Below, piece by piece: positions 44,313 to 52,952 of a stretch of 64,000 nucleotides of DNA (position 1 is its first letter; each line of letters begins with the position of its first letter). A program made the translations under genes and the position numbers. The stretch lies in the sequence record NC_061418.1. The stretch is one strand, 5' to 3'. The notes under the pieces are model-generated. The model was not told where the DNA came from. It was given only the letters and a program-made list of their open reading frames with translations, and made no database searches.

Positions 44313-44728
44313 ACCGTTATCCCCTGTTGAATGAGAAAACCGACAGAAAAAAGAAACCCTGCTAATAACATTCCCGCCGCCATTTGTAATAATGGACTTT
44401 GATTGAAAACGGCTTTAAACCGGTTCCATCGGGTATTATAGAAGTCTATTTCAAATCCTGCGATGACACGATCATTTAAACGCCCTGCTTCTTTTTCTGC
44501 ACCTTCTTTAAAACGATAAGCGAATAATTCCTGACAACCTAATGCATCGGCTAGGTTTCCGTTCGGCCCTGGGTAACACAACGGAAGTTCATTAGAAGAA
44601 ATGACTGCGCCGTTGATATTCACGACAACCCAACTCCCCTTTGCGTCAGGGTGTTCAATCGCTCGAAAGAATTTTCTTTCGATGTAATAAAATTGAGGGC
44701 CCGAAGGCCCTCTTTTATTTTTTTCCAA
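44300..44728 (-). CDS. C-terminally anchored membrane protein, tandem paralog of 43908..44312
   Basis: WVVVNINGAVISSNELPLCY, GRLND, C-terminal TM. Confidence 0.75.
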   Translation of the reverse strand: MEKNKRGPSGPQFYYIERKFFRAIEHPDAKGSWVVVNINGAVISSNELPLCYPGPNGNLADALGCQELFAYRFKEGAEKEAGRLNDRVIAGFEIDFYNTRWNRFKAVFNQSPLLQMAAGMLLAGFLFSVGFLIQQGITVWWK

Positions 44729-44749
44729 AAGGAACGTCCTCTTTAGAAC

Positions 44750-45337
44750 TTATTTAACGCCTGATGAACCAAAGCCGTTAGTTCCGCGTTCTGACGATGC
44801 GCTGAACGCGGTCACCTCTTTCAAGTCCAGGTGCCAGATCGGTACCACGATCAGTTGCGCGATACGGTCACCGGGGTTGATAGTGAACGGAACGTCAGAA
44901 CGGTTCCAGGCGGGGATACCGATGATATTTTGGTAGTCGCTGTCGATAATGCCTGTCAGGTTACCCAAAACAATTCCGTTCTTGTACCCTAACCCGGAGC
45001 GCGGATGGGTATTCAACATGAAGTTCGGGTTATTCAGGTGAATAGCAACACCGGAGGAAATCATCTTGCATTCTCCCGGATTCAGTACAACAGGTTCATC
45101 GATTGCCGCCCGCAGATCGACCGCAGCAGAACCAGGGGTCGCGTAGTCCAGTTTACCCCATTCGCTCTCATAACGCGAGTCATGGTAGATAATTTCTGCT
45201 GGGATGAACTGACGCGGATCCGGGTCCGCGATACGAAAACGCTGAACGGTATCAACGGTAGATCCCAGCTGGGAGTGGTGTACGATAGTCCCTGTTTCGG
45301 TCTTAAAATAATTCAGGATTTCTTTTGGCTCAGACAT
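44750..45337 (-). CDS. dut: Trimeric dUTPase
   Basis: AAVDLRA, PRSGLG, GIIDSDY, GDRIAQL, RGTNGFGSSG. Confidence 0.97.
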   Translation of the reverse strand: MSEPKEILNYFKTETGTIVHHSQLGSTVDTVQRFRIADPDPRQFIPAEIIYHDSRYESEWGKLDYATPGSAAVDLRAAIDEPVVLNPGECKMISSGVAIHLNNPNFMLNTHPRSGLGYKNGIVLGNLTGIIDSDYQNIIGIPAWNRSDVPFTINPGDRIAQLIVVPIWHLDLKEVTAFSASSERGTNGFGSSGVK

Positions 45338-45406
45338 TTTTAAACTCTCTTAGGTTATTACGGTGATTAATCAAACAAAGTCGGTGTGCCGTTGAAAAAT
45401 ATAGCC

Positions 45407-45430
45407 GGGAGAGAGCCGTAGCTCTCTCCC
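45407..45430 (-). terminator. Intrinsic terminator after tail genes
   Basis: 10-bp stem gggagagagc/gctctctccc. Confidence 0.75.
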
Positions 45431-45437
45431 TAAACTA

Positions 45438-47507
45438 TTAAGCGGTTTCGTAATCAGTAATCTGACGACTGGTGTAAATGAACCGGTAAGGGTTAGGTTT
45501 GCTGTACTGTGCTACCGCACCGATCGGCGTATTGTAGAGATGAATCTCGCCGCTTCCATACGTTTGGAAGCTTGACTTCACGCCGTTGTCGTAACTACAG
45601 CTGTAGAAGTAAGATGCCCCTCTACCATAAACGTTAGAACCTACCGTATCTTTCCCGACGACGTACAACGCACCTTTAATACTGTCGGTGCTTTGGTTGC
45701 CGCTGGCGATCGTTTCGAGGTGAGCCACGAAGGTATTCAACCCGTACTCTTCGATAGGGTAACCGTCTACATTTCGGTAAGTCGATTTGAATCGAATCCC
45801 GGTTACACCCGGCCCCACTAATGACCCACGTTTTTGTCCATTACCCGAACCGAAGTGATTCTCAGATACGCAACTGACTTCGAGGAACGTACCTTGTACT
45901 CCCAACGGAATTGTCTGACGGTCACTGCCGTGATAGGTACCGTAAGTCCCGCCGTTACTGAAATGGCAATCTTGAGAGAAGACCTCAGCCCCGTAGTTGT
46001 TCAGACACGCCGTTGAACAGGTTCCGGTAACCTCCACGCCCTTCAACCATAAAGACGGTTTCGCGTTGATCGCCACAGACTCAGCGCCCAAACCAATGTC
46101 GGTGTCAGAGACTTTCACATTGGAAACGTAAATTGTGCTGTTCCCAGTGAAATTCAGTCCCGTGTTCTTCACGACAACTTTAACGTTACTGTCAGGCTTA
46201 CGGCTGTTCGACGTCTGGACAATGATCGCAGTGGACGTCACGCAGTAGCTTCCTACTGTGGCCACTACCGCAGCAGGACCGTCTACTTCCACTAAGCGTT
46301 TAGGTAACCCGTTACTGTCTAACGTGCCGTAGTCAAAGACACCGGCGATATTTAGACCTGTTGCTAAATATTGATAGACAACGTTAGAGTCGGAGTAAAG
46401 CGACCAGTTAGTGATCCCCAGATCGCCCGTAAAGGTCGGTACGGTGCCACCGGTGCCATAGATACCGATCTTACGGTCATTCACTGTACGTTGAACGAAG
46501 AACGGTTTAGAGCCCTTCACGACGATACTGGTGGCAATAGGCGATTTATCAATTGCAGCGTTAAGAGTTTTCAGTGGGTTAGCTTCACTTCCATCATTCC
46601 CGTCTGCACCGAGATCAGAGTCAACGTAGTAGACCATCCCGTAGGGGAAGTACCATTCGCTCAGATCAAAGTCGGTTGAGAATCGCATCAGTCCCTGGGC
46701 CAACGCTCCCTCGTAAGGGAAGACCGCAGCGAGTGGATCAAAAACCGCAGGGAGTTTAGGAACTACCGGCAAACAGTTATTTGCACTGTCGTAACTGGTC
46801 TCGTAAGAAGGACCGGTCAGTTCCAGTAATTGCCCAGCGCGGAAACGCGCCACTGTATTACCCGATTGTAGCGAACTTTGAGTCATTGACAACGATCCGT
46901 CATTCCCTAAAATAATCCCAGTATTCGCGGCAGTCGGTAAGAAACTCCCTTGTTTCCCAACCACAAAGTTTTCGCCGTTAATTCGGCTCTTCCCAGAGAG
47001 CGTAAAGGTTTTACCGTCTGACTGATAAAGTTGATACGGGGTGCGGAGCCAATCGCGAATCGTGGTTTCTTGACCGAAATAAACTTCGAGTGTCCCGATG
47101 TACATCAATGAAGTAGCAACGGTTTTCAGTGTAAAGACACCGATTGTGGTCGTCAACGCAGTGGGAATGAAGACTTCCTGTTTGATATCGGTCATGTCCA
47201 GCTGTAGGCCGTACAACGTATTCAAACGGGTAACGATATCTTCGGCCGTGAATATTCCGGCAGTAGACATGAACACCACGGGCTCGGTCAGGACTCTATT
47301 GAGATTGACCCGGTTGTAATCAAAGACTGCTGAATCACGGTAGTCACCTGCATCGGTCGCTACCGCGGTGATACGCGTGTTAAAATTCCCGGTCGTCAGG
47401 GCAGTGAGGTTGATGAAATCCAAATCGCTTTCTTTAAAAAAGGCACCGTACTGCGTGTTCAGCTGACGAACCAGAAGCGCTTTACTTTTTAACGAGAAAT
47501 CTGTCAT
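45438..47507 (-). CDS. Virion structural protein / tail fibre with C-terminal beta-helix
   Basis: N-terminal jumbo-phage virion repeat domain (YNRVNL...LNTLYGLQLDMTDI); YVDSDLGADGNDGSEANPLKTLNAAI beta-helix cap; full-length paralog of 47524 gene. Confidence 0.75.
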   Translation of the reverse strand: MTDFSLKSKALLVRQLNTQYGAFFKESDLDFINLTALTTGNFNTRITAVATDAGDYRDSAVFDYNRVNLNRVLTEPVVFMSTAGIFTAEDIVTRLNTLYGLQLDMTDIKQEVFIPTALTTTIGVFTLKTVATSLMYIGTLEVYFGQETTIRDWLRTPYQLYQSDGKTFTLSGKSRINGENFVVGKQGSFLPTAANTGIILGNDGSLSMTQSSLQSGNTVARFRAGQLLELTGPSYETSYDSANNCLPVVPKLPAVFDPLAAVFPYEGALAQGLMRFSTDFDLSEWYFPYGMVYYVDSDLGADGNDGSEANPLKTLNAAIDKSPIATSIVVKGSKPFFVQRTVNDRKIGIYGTGGTVPTFTGDLGITNWSLYSDSNVVYQYLATGLNIAGVFDYGTLDSNGLPKRLVEVDGPAAVVATVGSYCVTSTAIIVQTSNSRKPDSNVKVVVKNTGLNFTGNSTIYVSNVKVSDTDIGLGAESVAINAKPSLWLKGVEVTGTCSTACLNNYGAEVFSQDCHFSNGGTYGTYHGSDRQTIPLGVQGTFLEVSCVSENHFGSGNGQKRGSLVGPGVTGIRFKSTYRNVDGYPIEEYGLNTFVAHLETIASGNQSTDSIKGALYVVGKDTVGSNVYGRGASYFYSCSYDNGVKSSFQTYGSGEIHLYNTPIGAVAQYSKPNPYRFIYTSRQITDYETA

Positions 47508-47523
47508 TTTAAATTCGCCCCAG

Positions 47524-49566
47524 TTAAGCGGTATAAATGAATTGATACGGGGTCAGAAGCTGTGTGGCCGGTTTAGTGCCAATGTCGGTATCGAACAGGG
47601 CGATTTTCCCTACTCCGTTTGGAATGAACGAGAACGCCGAGTTATCCCCTTTACAACTCCAGTACTGAGCCGATGCAGCGGTCGTCGCATTCGCACCGGT
47701 GGTAAAGTGCGCCAGATTACTCAACGTGTTCGTCACGCTATTGGACTGGCAAGCGATATTCACCGAGAACGTTCCTTCACCGGAGTCTTTGACGTGAGAA
47801 CCGTCACAATGGCTGTATACGGAGTTCAGACGCAGGATTGTCCCGTACGCAGAGAGACCGGAGGCCGCAGAGGTATGGTTACTATCAAAACCGCAGTAGC
47901 TGACTGTTGCTCTATTCTCCACGATCCAATACTTACTGTTCATCGCAGGTAATACACGGTCACTGTTGTAACTGAATCCGCCACTGAAACCAAATTGTGC
48001 AACACAGTCTTGGTGTGCAACGTTATAACCGTAGCTTCCGAAGGATGGGCCCTTGAACGTCCACCCGAACCGACAGGCGTTCATGTACAGATACCCGTAG
48101 GTTCTCGGTGTGGTCATGTCTGCGATAAAGCCATTGTAGGAGAGATCAAAATTACATTTCTCCATGAACACGTTACCCGCATCGGCGACTGACCCTGAGA
48201 GCGTTTTTGCAATCAGGTAAACATTACTGTCTGGCTTGCGGCTATCGGTTAATCGAACGTAGACCCGATTATTGGTGTTGTCGATGTAATACGAGTGCGG
48301 AGTGTTCGCACAGTCAGCAATCGAGGTCTTAGCAGTCATTCTCCCGTACCCGGCATCGCTGTATACCGTTTTGTCTACCACGGCAGCAATGTCACTGATT
48401 TTACTGTACCAGGTGTTGGCATCGTACCCTGACCAATCAGTACTTTGACGGGTGGAGGTAAAGGTAGGGTTAACGTCACCGTAACCAATAATATCGACCG
48501 TACGTTGGCGAATAGTTTGTGTCCAGCCAGAGTCGGCATCGTAGTAAAGATCCGCGTAACCTTTTACGCGAATAACTCTGGCAGCAGGCAGTCGGTTTAT
48601 CGCACGACGGAAGGTTTTGAACGCAGTCGCTGCGGTCGAACCGTCATTGGTGTCGGAACCGTCTTTGACATCAACGAAGACCACTGTACCTGTACCGGCA
48701 CGTTTACTGGTGACGTCGAAACCCAGAGAGTAGGTCAATGTCCCCGCATTCAACGACGCTGTTAACCCTAACGTTTCAGGGATCACTGCAAGCTGAGACG
48801 GTAACATCGGCACTTTAGGAAGCAAGTTACCCGTGGCGTCGTAAGACGTTTCACCGTTGACTCCTAAGGTCTCCAGTAGACGACCATTGCGGAAGCGTCC
48901 TATCAACGTGTTCTTGCTGTTTGGGTGATAGTCGATTGCCGGGATAATATTCCCAGTAGGAGAAAGATAAAGCGCAGTTAACCCGGAACGTTGCGAAATA
49001 GTACGGCTGACGTCAACGATGTCTTTCCCAGCCAGTTTCCAGTGACCGCCTAAAAAGCTGAGGGTGTTATAGTCACTTCCCACGGTAAACTGTAGCGCAT
49101 TGAAATATTGGTAAACCGCCTCTTGTTTGCCGAGATAGATAGTTACGCTACCGGTGTACACGAGGTGATTATCTGCCACGCTGACTGTGATCTTTCTGAC
49201 GCCAGTGGCAATGTCATCTGGGCGATACGGGCCGTCTACGAGATCAGTGGTAGTTAGGGCGAGTTGGTATTTCTCGTTCAGGTACGGAATTAAATCAACG
49301 ATACGAGAAAGGGTATAGTCTTCCAGTTGACAGTAGGGTCGGGCCAATAGCGTTTTAAAGCTCAGGCGATTATACTGTAATGTTACACCGAGCGATTGCA
49401 GGGACGAGCCGTTAGTGACGTTAATCGTCGTATTCAAACCGTTAACAACGGTAGTGTTAACAGCGGGTGTACCTAACGAGATTGACGAAGTCGTGTACAT
49501 TGTCCCGTTTGCTTCGTTAATCAGGTCAACGGCAATCTGTTTTGGGGTCTGTTTTAAATCAACCAT
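47524..49566 (-). CDS. Virion structural protein / tail fibre with C-terminal beta-helix
   Basis: Start reassigned to MVDLKQ (GAGGG RBS); YNRLSF...LNEKYQLALTTTDL; FVDVKDGSDTNDGSTAATAFKTFRRAI. Confidence 0.75.
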   Translation of the reverse strand: MVDLKQTPKQIAVDLINEANGTMYTTSSISLGTPAVNTTVVNGLNTTINVTNGSSLQSLGVTLQYNRLSFKTLLARPYCQLEDYTLSRIVDLIPYLNEKYQLALTTTDLVDGPYRPDDIATGVRKITVSVADNHLVYTGSVTIYLGKQEAVYQYFNALQFTVGSDYNTLSFLGGHWKLAGKDIVDVSRTISQRSGLTALYLSPTGNIIPAIDYHPNSKNTLIGRFRNGRLLETLGVNGETSYDATGNLLPKVPMLPSQLAVIPETLGLTASLNAGTLTYSLGFDVTSKRAGTGTVVFVDVKDGSDTNDGSTAATAFKTFRRAINRLPAARVIRVKGYADLYYDADSGWTQTIRQRTVDIIGYGDVNPTFTSTRQSTDWSGYDANTWYSKISDIAAVVDKTVYSDAGYGRMTAKTSIADCANTPHSYYIDNTNNRVYVRLTDSRKPDSNVYLIAKTLSGSVADAGNVFMEKCNFDLSYNGFIADMTTPRTYGYLYMNACRFGWTFKGPSFGSYGYNVAHQDCVAQFGFSGGFSYNSDRVLPAMNSKYWIVENRATVSYCGFDSNHTSAASGLSAYGTILRLNSVYSHCDGSHVKDSGEGTFSVNIACQSNSVTNTLSNLAHFTTGANATTAASAQYWSCKGDNSAFSFIPNGVGKIALFDTDIGTKPATQLLTPYQFIYTA

Positions 49567-49607
49567 TTTCAATTCATCCCTCATTATACGGGGCGGTTAA
49601 AGTACGA

Positions 49608-49617
49608 GTCATAGAAA
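49608..49617 (-). promoter_or_regulatory. Candidate late promoter TTTCTATGAC
   Basis: Between terminator and structural gene; TATG core as in phiKZ late promoters. Confidence 0.55.
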
Positions 49618-49656
49618 GGTTTTGGGACAAAAAAGAAAAGCGCGAGAAGGAGACAA

Positions 49657-49688
49657 CAGGAGAAGAGAGCAGACGCTCTCTTCTCCTG
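49657..49688 (-). terminator. Intrinsic terminator
   Basis: 14-bp stem caggagaagagagc/gctctcttctcctg. Confidence 0.8.
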
Positions 49689-49692
49689 GGAA

Positions 49693-50100
49693 TTATTCAT
49701 CGTCTTCGAAGTCTTCCGGTACAGATTGGTAATCGTCATCGTCGTAGTCGTCCCAATCCTCTTCCTCGCTGTCGTCAAGTTCATCGATGATCTTGTTGTC
49801 AGCTTCTTCCATGAACCAGCCTTTCTCAGCCAGTGTAGCAGCAAAGACGTTGTTCCCTTCTTCGATCAGCGTTTCGGTCACCGCCCCTGAGTCATTCTCA
49901 GTAACGGCAACCACCGTGAGTTCTTCGCCGTCAGCGGTCTTATCGTTGACATCCGTTTTATAGAGTTCAAACCCTAACTGTTCGTTGACACTTTCTAATG
50001 TTTCAGAAAGGTCGAGTGGGTCAACCGGACGGCCGTCGTTGTCGATGACTTCGAAAGTCTCTTCGTCGGTACTGAATTTCAGGATAGTGCGATTTGTCAT
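49693..50100 (-). CDS. Highly acidic protein
   Basis: About one third D/E by hand count; tail DELDDSEEEDWDDYDDDDYQSVPEDFEDDE. Confidence 0.85.
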   Translation of the reverse strand: MTNRTILKFSTDEETFEVIDNDGRPVDPLDLSETLESVNEQLGFELYKTDVNDKTADGEELTVVAVTENDSGAVTETLIEEGNNVFAATLAEKGWFMEEADNKIIDELDDSEEEDWDDYDDDDYQSVPEDFEDDE

Positions 50101-50426
50101 TTCCAGTCCTCCTGGGTGCGTTTAATAAAGAGTGCGTCAACGACAGTCAGATCGACAGGGATCAGCTCAGTCGCCGCATGGGGTTGTATAAAGTAAAGCG
50201 TCAGAGTTGTGTCGTTGGTGAGTTTTCCAACCACGTTGTAAAGAACACCGTTGTACATTCCGGATGTGCCGGTTTTCAGATTGAGTGCAACAATGAGTTG
50301 TCGTCCCAGTAAATCGCAGTTGTTACCAGGGTAAGTGTCGCGGAGTTTAAAGAGTACTCGACCCACCTTTTCTTGCCATTCTTTCATTAACACATTGAGA
50401 ATCGTTTCTCTTGTAATAACCTGCAT
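50097..50426 (-). CDS. Hypothetical protein (start reassigned to MQVITR)
   Basis: AAGGA RBS before ATG at 50426; ATGA overlap with acidic gene. Confidence 0.7.
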   Translation of the reverse strand: MQVITRETILNVLMKEWQEKVGRVLFKLRDTYPGNNCDLLGRQLIVALNLKTGTSGMYNGVLYNVVGKLTNDTTLTLYFIQPHAATELIPVDLTVVDALFIKRTQEDWK

Positions 50427-50547
50427 CTTGTCTTCCTTATTGGTCGTTATCATAGAAAGTTTACTTAAAAATAGATTTGGGGTAGTCAAGAAAAACAGGC
50501 GGTATATTGCTATGTTAACACCTAAAATGAACAAGGCATAAGTAGCG

Positions 50548-50760
50548 ATGAACTATTCAATCATTCCCACCACAGCGCAAAAGATTGTTGAGATTACCCG
50601 CAGTAAAATTGACCCGAATGCGGTCACGCTCATTTTCGAAGACGGGGCAAACGAAACATTTCTGGATTGGTTTGTCCAGAAACATAAACCAGCAATCGGT
50701 CGTTTTCTGGCCAAAGACACCGACGGTTTCCTGCACGTAGTAGACACGATCGACGCTTAA
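50548..50760 (+). CDS. Small phage protein, only credible plus-strand gene
   Basis: Occupies a gap free of minus genes; followed by a bidirectional terminator; AQKIVEI...WFVQKHKPAIG...DG motif. Confidence 0.75.
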   Translation: MNYSIIPTTAQKIVEITRSKIDPNAVTLIFEDGANETFLDWFVQKHKPAIGRFLAKDTDGFLHVVDTIDA

Positions 50761-50768
50761 AAGAACAC

Positions 50769-50801
50769 AGAAAGGAAAGGGGTTAGTCCCCTTTCCTTTC
50801 T
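50769..50801. terminator. Bidirectional terminator between convergent genes
   Basis: 14-bp stem agaaaggaaagggg/cccctttcctttct. Confidence 0.8.
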
Positions 50802-51045
50802 AGTCTATATTGTTTTTCAGGATGTCTTCGGCAGGGTAGAAATGATCTTCTACGATTTTACCGAATTGATGGGCGCCAGTGAGTGCGTTTTCTACGGGGG
50901 TGATGTAAGCGGCTTTATTGTCCCACGGCGGGAGAAGCTCTGAGAGCAACAGTGCGGCTTCGTTTAATAAAGCTAGGTTCTCGTCAGGGACGAATGATAT
51001 TGTCTCTTGTAGGCTCTCTAAGAGCGCTATACGGGGAGTAAACAT
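50800..51045 (-). CDS. Hypothetical protein
   Basis: AAGGG RBS; ends at terminator. Confidence 0.7.
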   Translation of the reverse strand: MFTPRIALLESLQETISFVPDENLALLNEAALLLSELLPPWDNKAAYITPVENALTGAHQFGKIVEDHFYPAEDILKNNID

Positions 51046-51062
51046 AGTTGACCCTTAAAGGT

Positions 51063-51182
51063 GAAATAAGACAGGGACCGAAGTCCCTGAACTTATAAAT
51101 TAAAATGAATGTCTCGTTATTAACCGGCACTGTGAGAAACGGTTAAATAGGAGTAATCGGAGGGTGTCTTATTTCCTCTTCA
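51063..51182 (-). ncRNA. Candidate structured small RNA or attenuating leader
   Basis: Early promoter upstream; no ATG inside; 11-bp 5'/3' complementarity, internal 7-bp stem and cUUCGg terminator stem. Confidence 0.45.
51072..51089 (-). terminator. Terminator stem with cUUCGg loop
   Basis: cagggac-ttcg-gtccctg then tcttattt on minus strand. Confidence 0.75.
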
Positions 51183-51205
51183 CACTTGTAATATAGATGT
51201 GAAAA
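51179..51205 (-). promoter_or_regulatory. Phage early promoter 8
   Basis: TTTTCACATC-TATATTAC-AAGT-GTGAA (exact phiKZ TATATTAC core). Confidence 0.85.
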
Positions 51206-51215
51206 AGAATCGAGA

Positions 51216-52943
51216 TTAAGTAATTTTCATCCACCAAATATCATTAATAAAATTCCCATCGATATCGGTGGTGGTAGTATTAGATCCCGACCCTTTCAAA
51301 ACAGTACCTGGCATAGTTTTAATCTTTCTTGCACTTGCAACGGACACTGGTGGTTGAGATGGAATATAACCGATTTTAGGATCGGTAATATTAACATTGG
51401 TGCACGTTCCTGCTAATTGCACGGCGGCAGCGGCGGCTGTAATGTCAGCTGCTGACCATACTTGTGAAAAAGCAACAACGTTAGTTAAAACAGTGGCTGC
51501 TTTACTGTAATTGACCGTGTCTGTTATAGGTTTAAGAATATTTAAACCGTCATTATATCTGGCGTAATAGACCGAGTCCTGAATAACTAATCGAGGAACT
51601 TCACCCTGTAACAACGGGAAATTATTATTACTAGCGAGGTATTTACTGGTTCGAGAAACGGTGTCAATAAAGACGCAGTTCCTGACCACATTGTTGTAAT
51701 TAATGTTACCAGAACGAATGTTGGTGCAATAGTCGTAACCGGAAGAAGGATATGGTAATCGTTGAATACCGTCATTGAAAAAGAACGAAAACTCAACAAC
51801 ATTGTTACCTTGGCCATTCCTTCGATCATAGAACCATTGCGCCTGTGTATAAGTGCCGGAATAGGGGGCGTACGCCGCTCGTGCTCCACCTTGTACACTT
51901 GTAGAAGAATTGCCCATAAATAGAATCGAGGCGCCATTGTTGAAGCCAATGATATTTCTTGCCACCGAATCCCACGTACAGTAATCAAAATCAATGATTT
52001 CATTATCGGTAACCGAAGGGTGCATACCACCGCCGAAAATGTTTTCAATCATGATTCGATTACAACGCCATGTCCAAAACCCCGCATCGGCATATAGCGT
52101 TTCAGTGTTCTCTAACGCGTTATCCCATCGGTATTTTGAATACGTAATATTCCGCATGACTGACTGATATTTGTCCACAACGTAGGCGGAGTTTAAAGAC
52201 TCCACGCCAGCAAACTGACAGCCTCCTTTTGAGATTCCTGTCATCTCAATATTCTCTACTTTGACCCCGCGAGAATAATACGTCCCTTTAGAGTTGTCAG
52301 TAATATCATCTGCTTTCCAATGGTTCCCCACGATGTTAATGGATCTCGCTACATTGAAAAATGAAGAATTTCTGACACCAAAAACATTCGCCCTATTTGT
52401 GGCGGCACCATCTAAACGTATATTGACGGCGGAATCATAGTCTTTATGATTTCCGCTTCTGCCAATCGGATCGCTAATAAATTTACAATTATCAATCCAT
52501 ACGTCGACATCAGTTTCCACAGTTACCGGTGGCAATTCAAACCAAATAAAACAGCTACTGTTATTATCGACCGAAACAAGATTGTTTCGGGCATAAAACT
52601 CTATTCCGCTGACGGTAACGCTTTGTACCTTACGTGCGGTCAAATGCATTGCACGATAGCTATACCCATCGAGCGCAGTGGCAGCTTTAAAATAGTCTGT
52701 GTTAATCCATTTTGGTTTTGGTCCAGTCCCATAACTTGTAATATAAGACATGGTCCCCGTTGTGTTGTACAAAGAGGTTAAGCCAAAATTAACGTTCTCA
52801 TAAATAGTTGTCCCTGCTTTTAGTGCAATAGTACAAGGGTGACTGAAACCTTGTGCAATCAATGCAGAAAACGTTTTAAATGGTGAGTCTTTTGTCCCCG
52901 TACCGTTCACTGATACGGTAGGATCAATGTAATAATAGTTCAT
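51216..52943 (-). CDS. Right-handed beta-helix protein (pectate-lyase-like; putative depolymerase)
   Basis: YYIDPTVSVNGTGTKDSPFKT cap; periodic IDNCKF, VRNSSF, IENIF, VRNCVF rungs. Confidence 0.8.
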   Translation of the reverse strand: MNYYYIDPTVSVNGTGTKDSPFKTFSALIAQGFSHPCTIALKAGTTIYENVNFGLTSLYNTTGTMSYITSYGTGPKPKWINTDYFKAATALDGYSYRAMHLTARKVQSVTVSGIEFYARNNLVSVDNNSSCFIWFELPPVTVETDVDVWIDNCKFISDPIGRSGNHKDYDSAVNIRLDGAATNRANVFGVRNSSFFNVARSINIVGNHWKADDITDNSKGTYYSRGVKVENIEMTGISKGGCQFAGVESLNSAYVVDKYQSVMRNITYSKYRWDNALENTETLYADAGFWTWRCNRIMIENIFGGGMHPSVTDNEIIDFDYCTWDSVARNIIGFNNGASILFMGNSSTSVQGGARAAYAPYSGTYTQAQWFYDRRNGQGNNVVEFSFFFNDGIQRLPYPSSGYDYCTNIRSGNINYNNVVRNCVFIDTVSRTSKYLASNNNFPLLQGEVPRLVIQDSVYYARYNDGLNILKPITDTVNYSKAATVLTNVVAFSQVWSAADITAAAAAVQLAGTCTNVNITDPKIGYIPSQPPVSVASARKIKTMPGTVLKGSGSNTTTTDIDGNFINDIWWMKIT

Positions 52944-52952
52944 CTAAACCTC

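Noticed and set aside
49584-49844. 86-aa minus ORF in track
   Set aside because: Overlaps the acidic gene out of frame and runs through a 14-bp terminator stem.
50427-50534. N-terminal extension of ORF 50097..50534
   Set aside because: A better RBS precedes MQVITR at 50426; the extension covers the divergent intergenic region.
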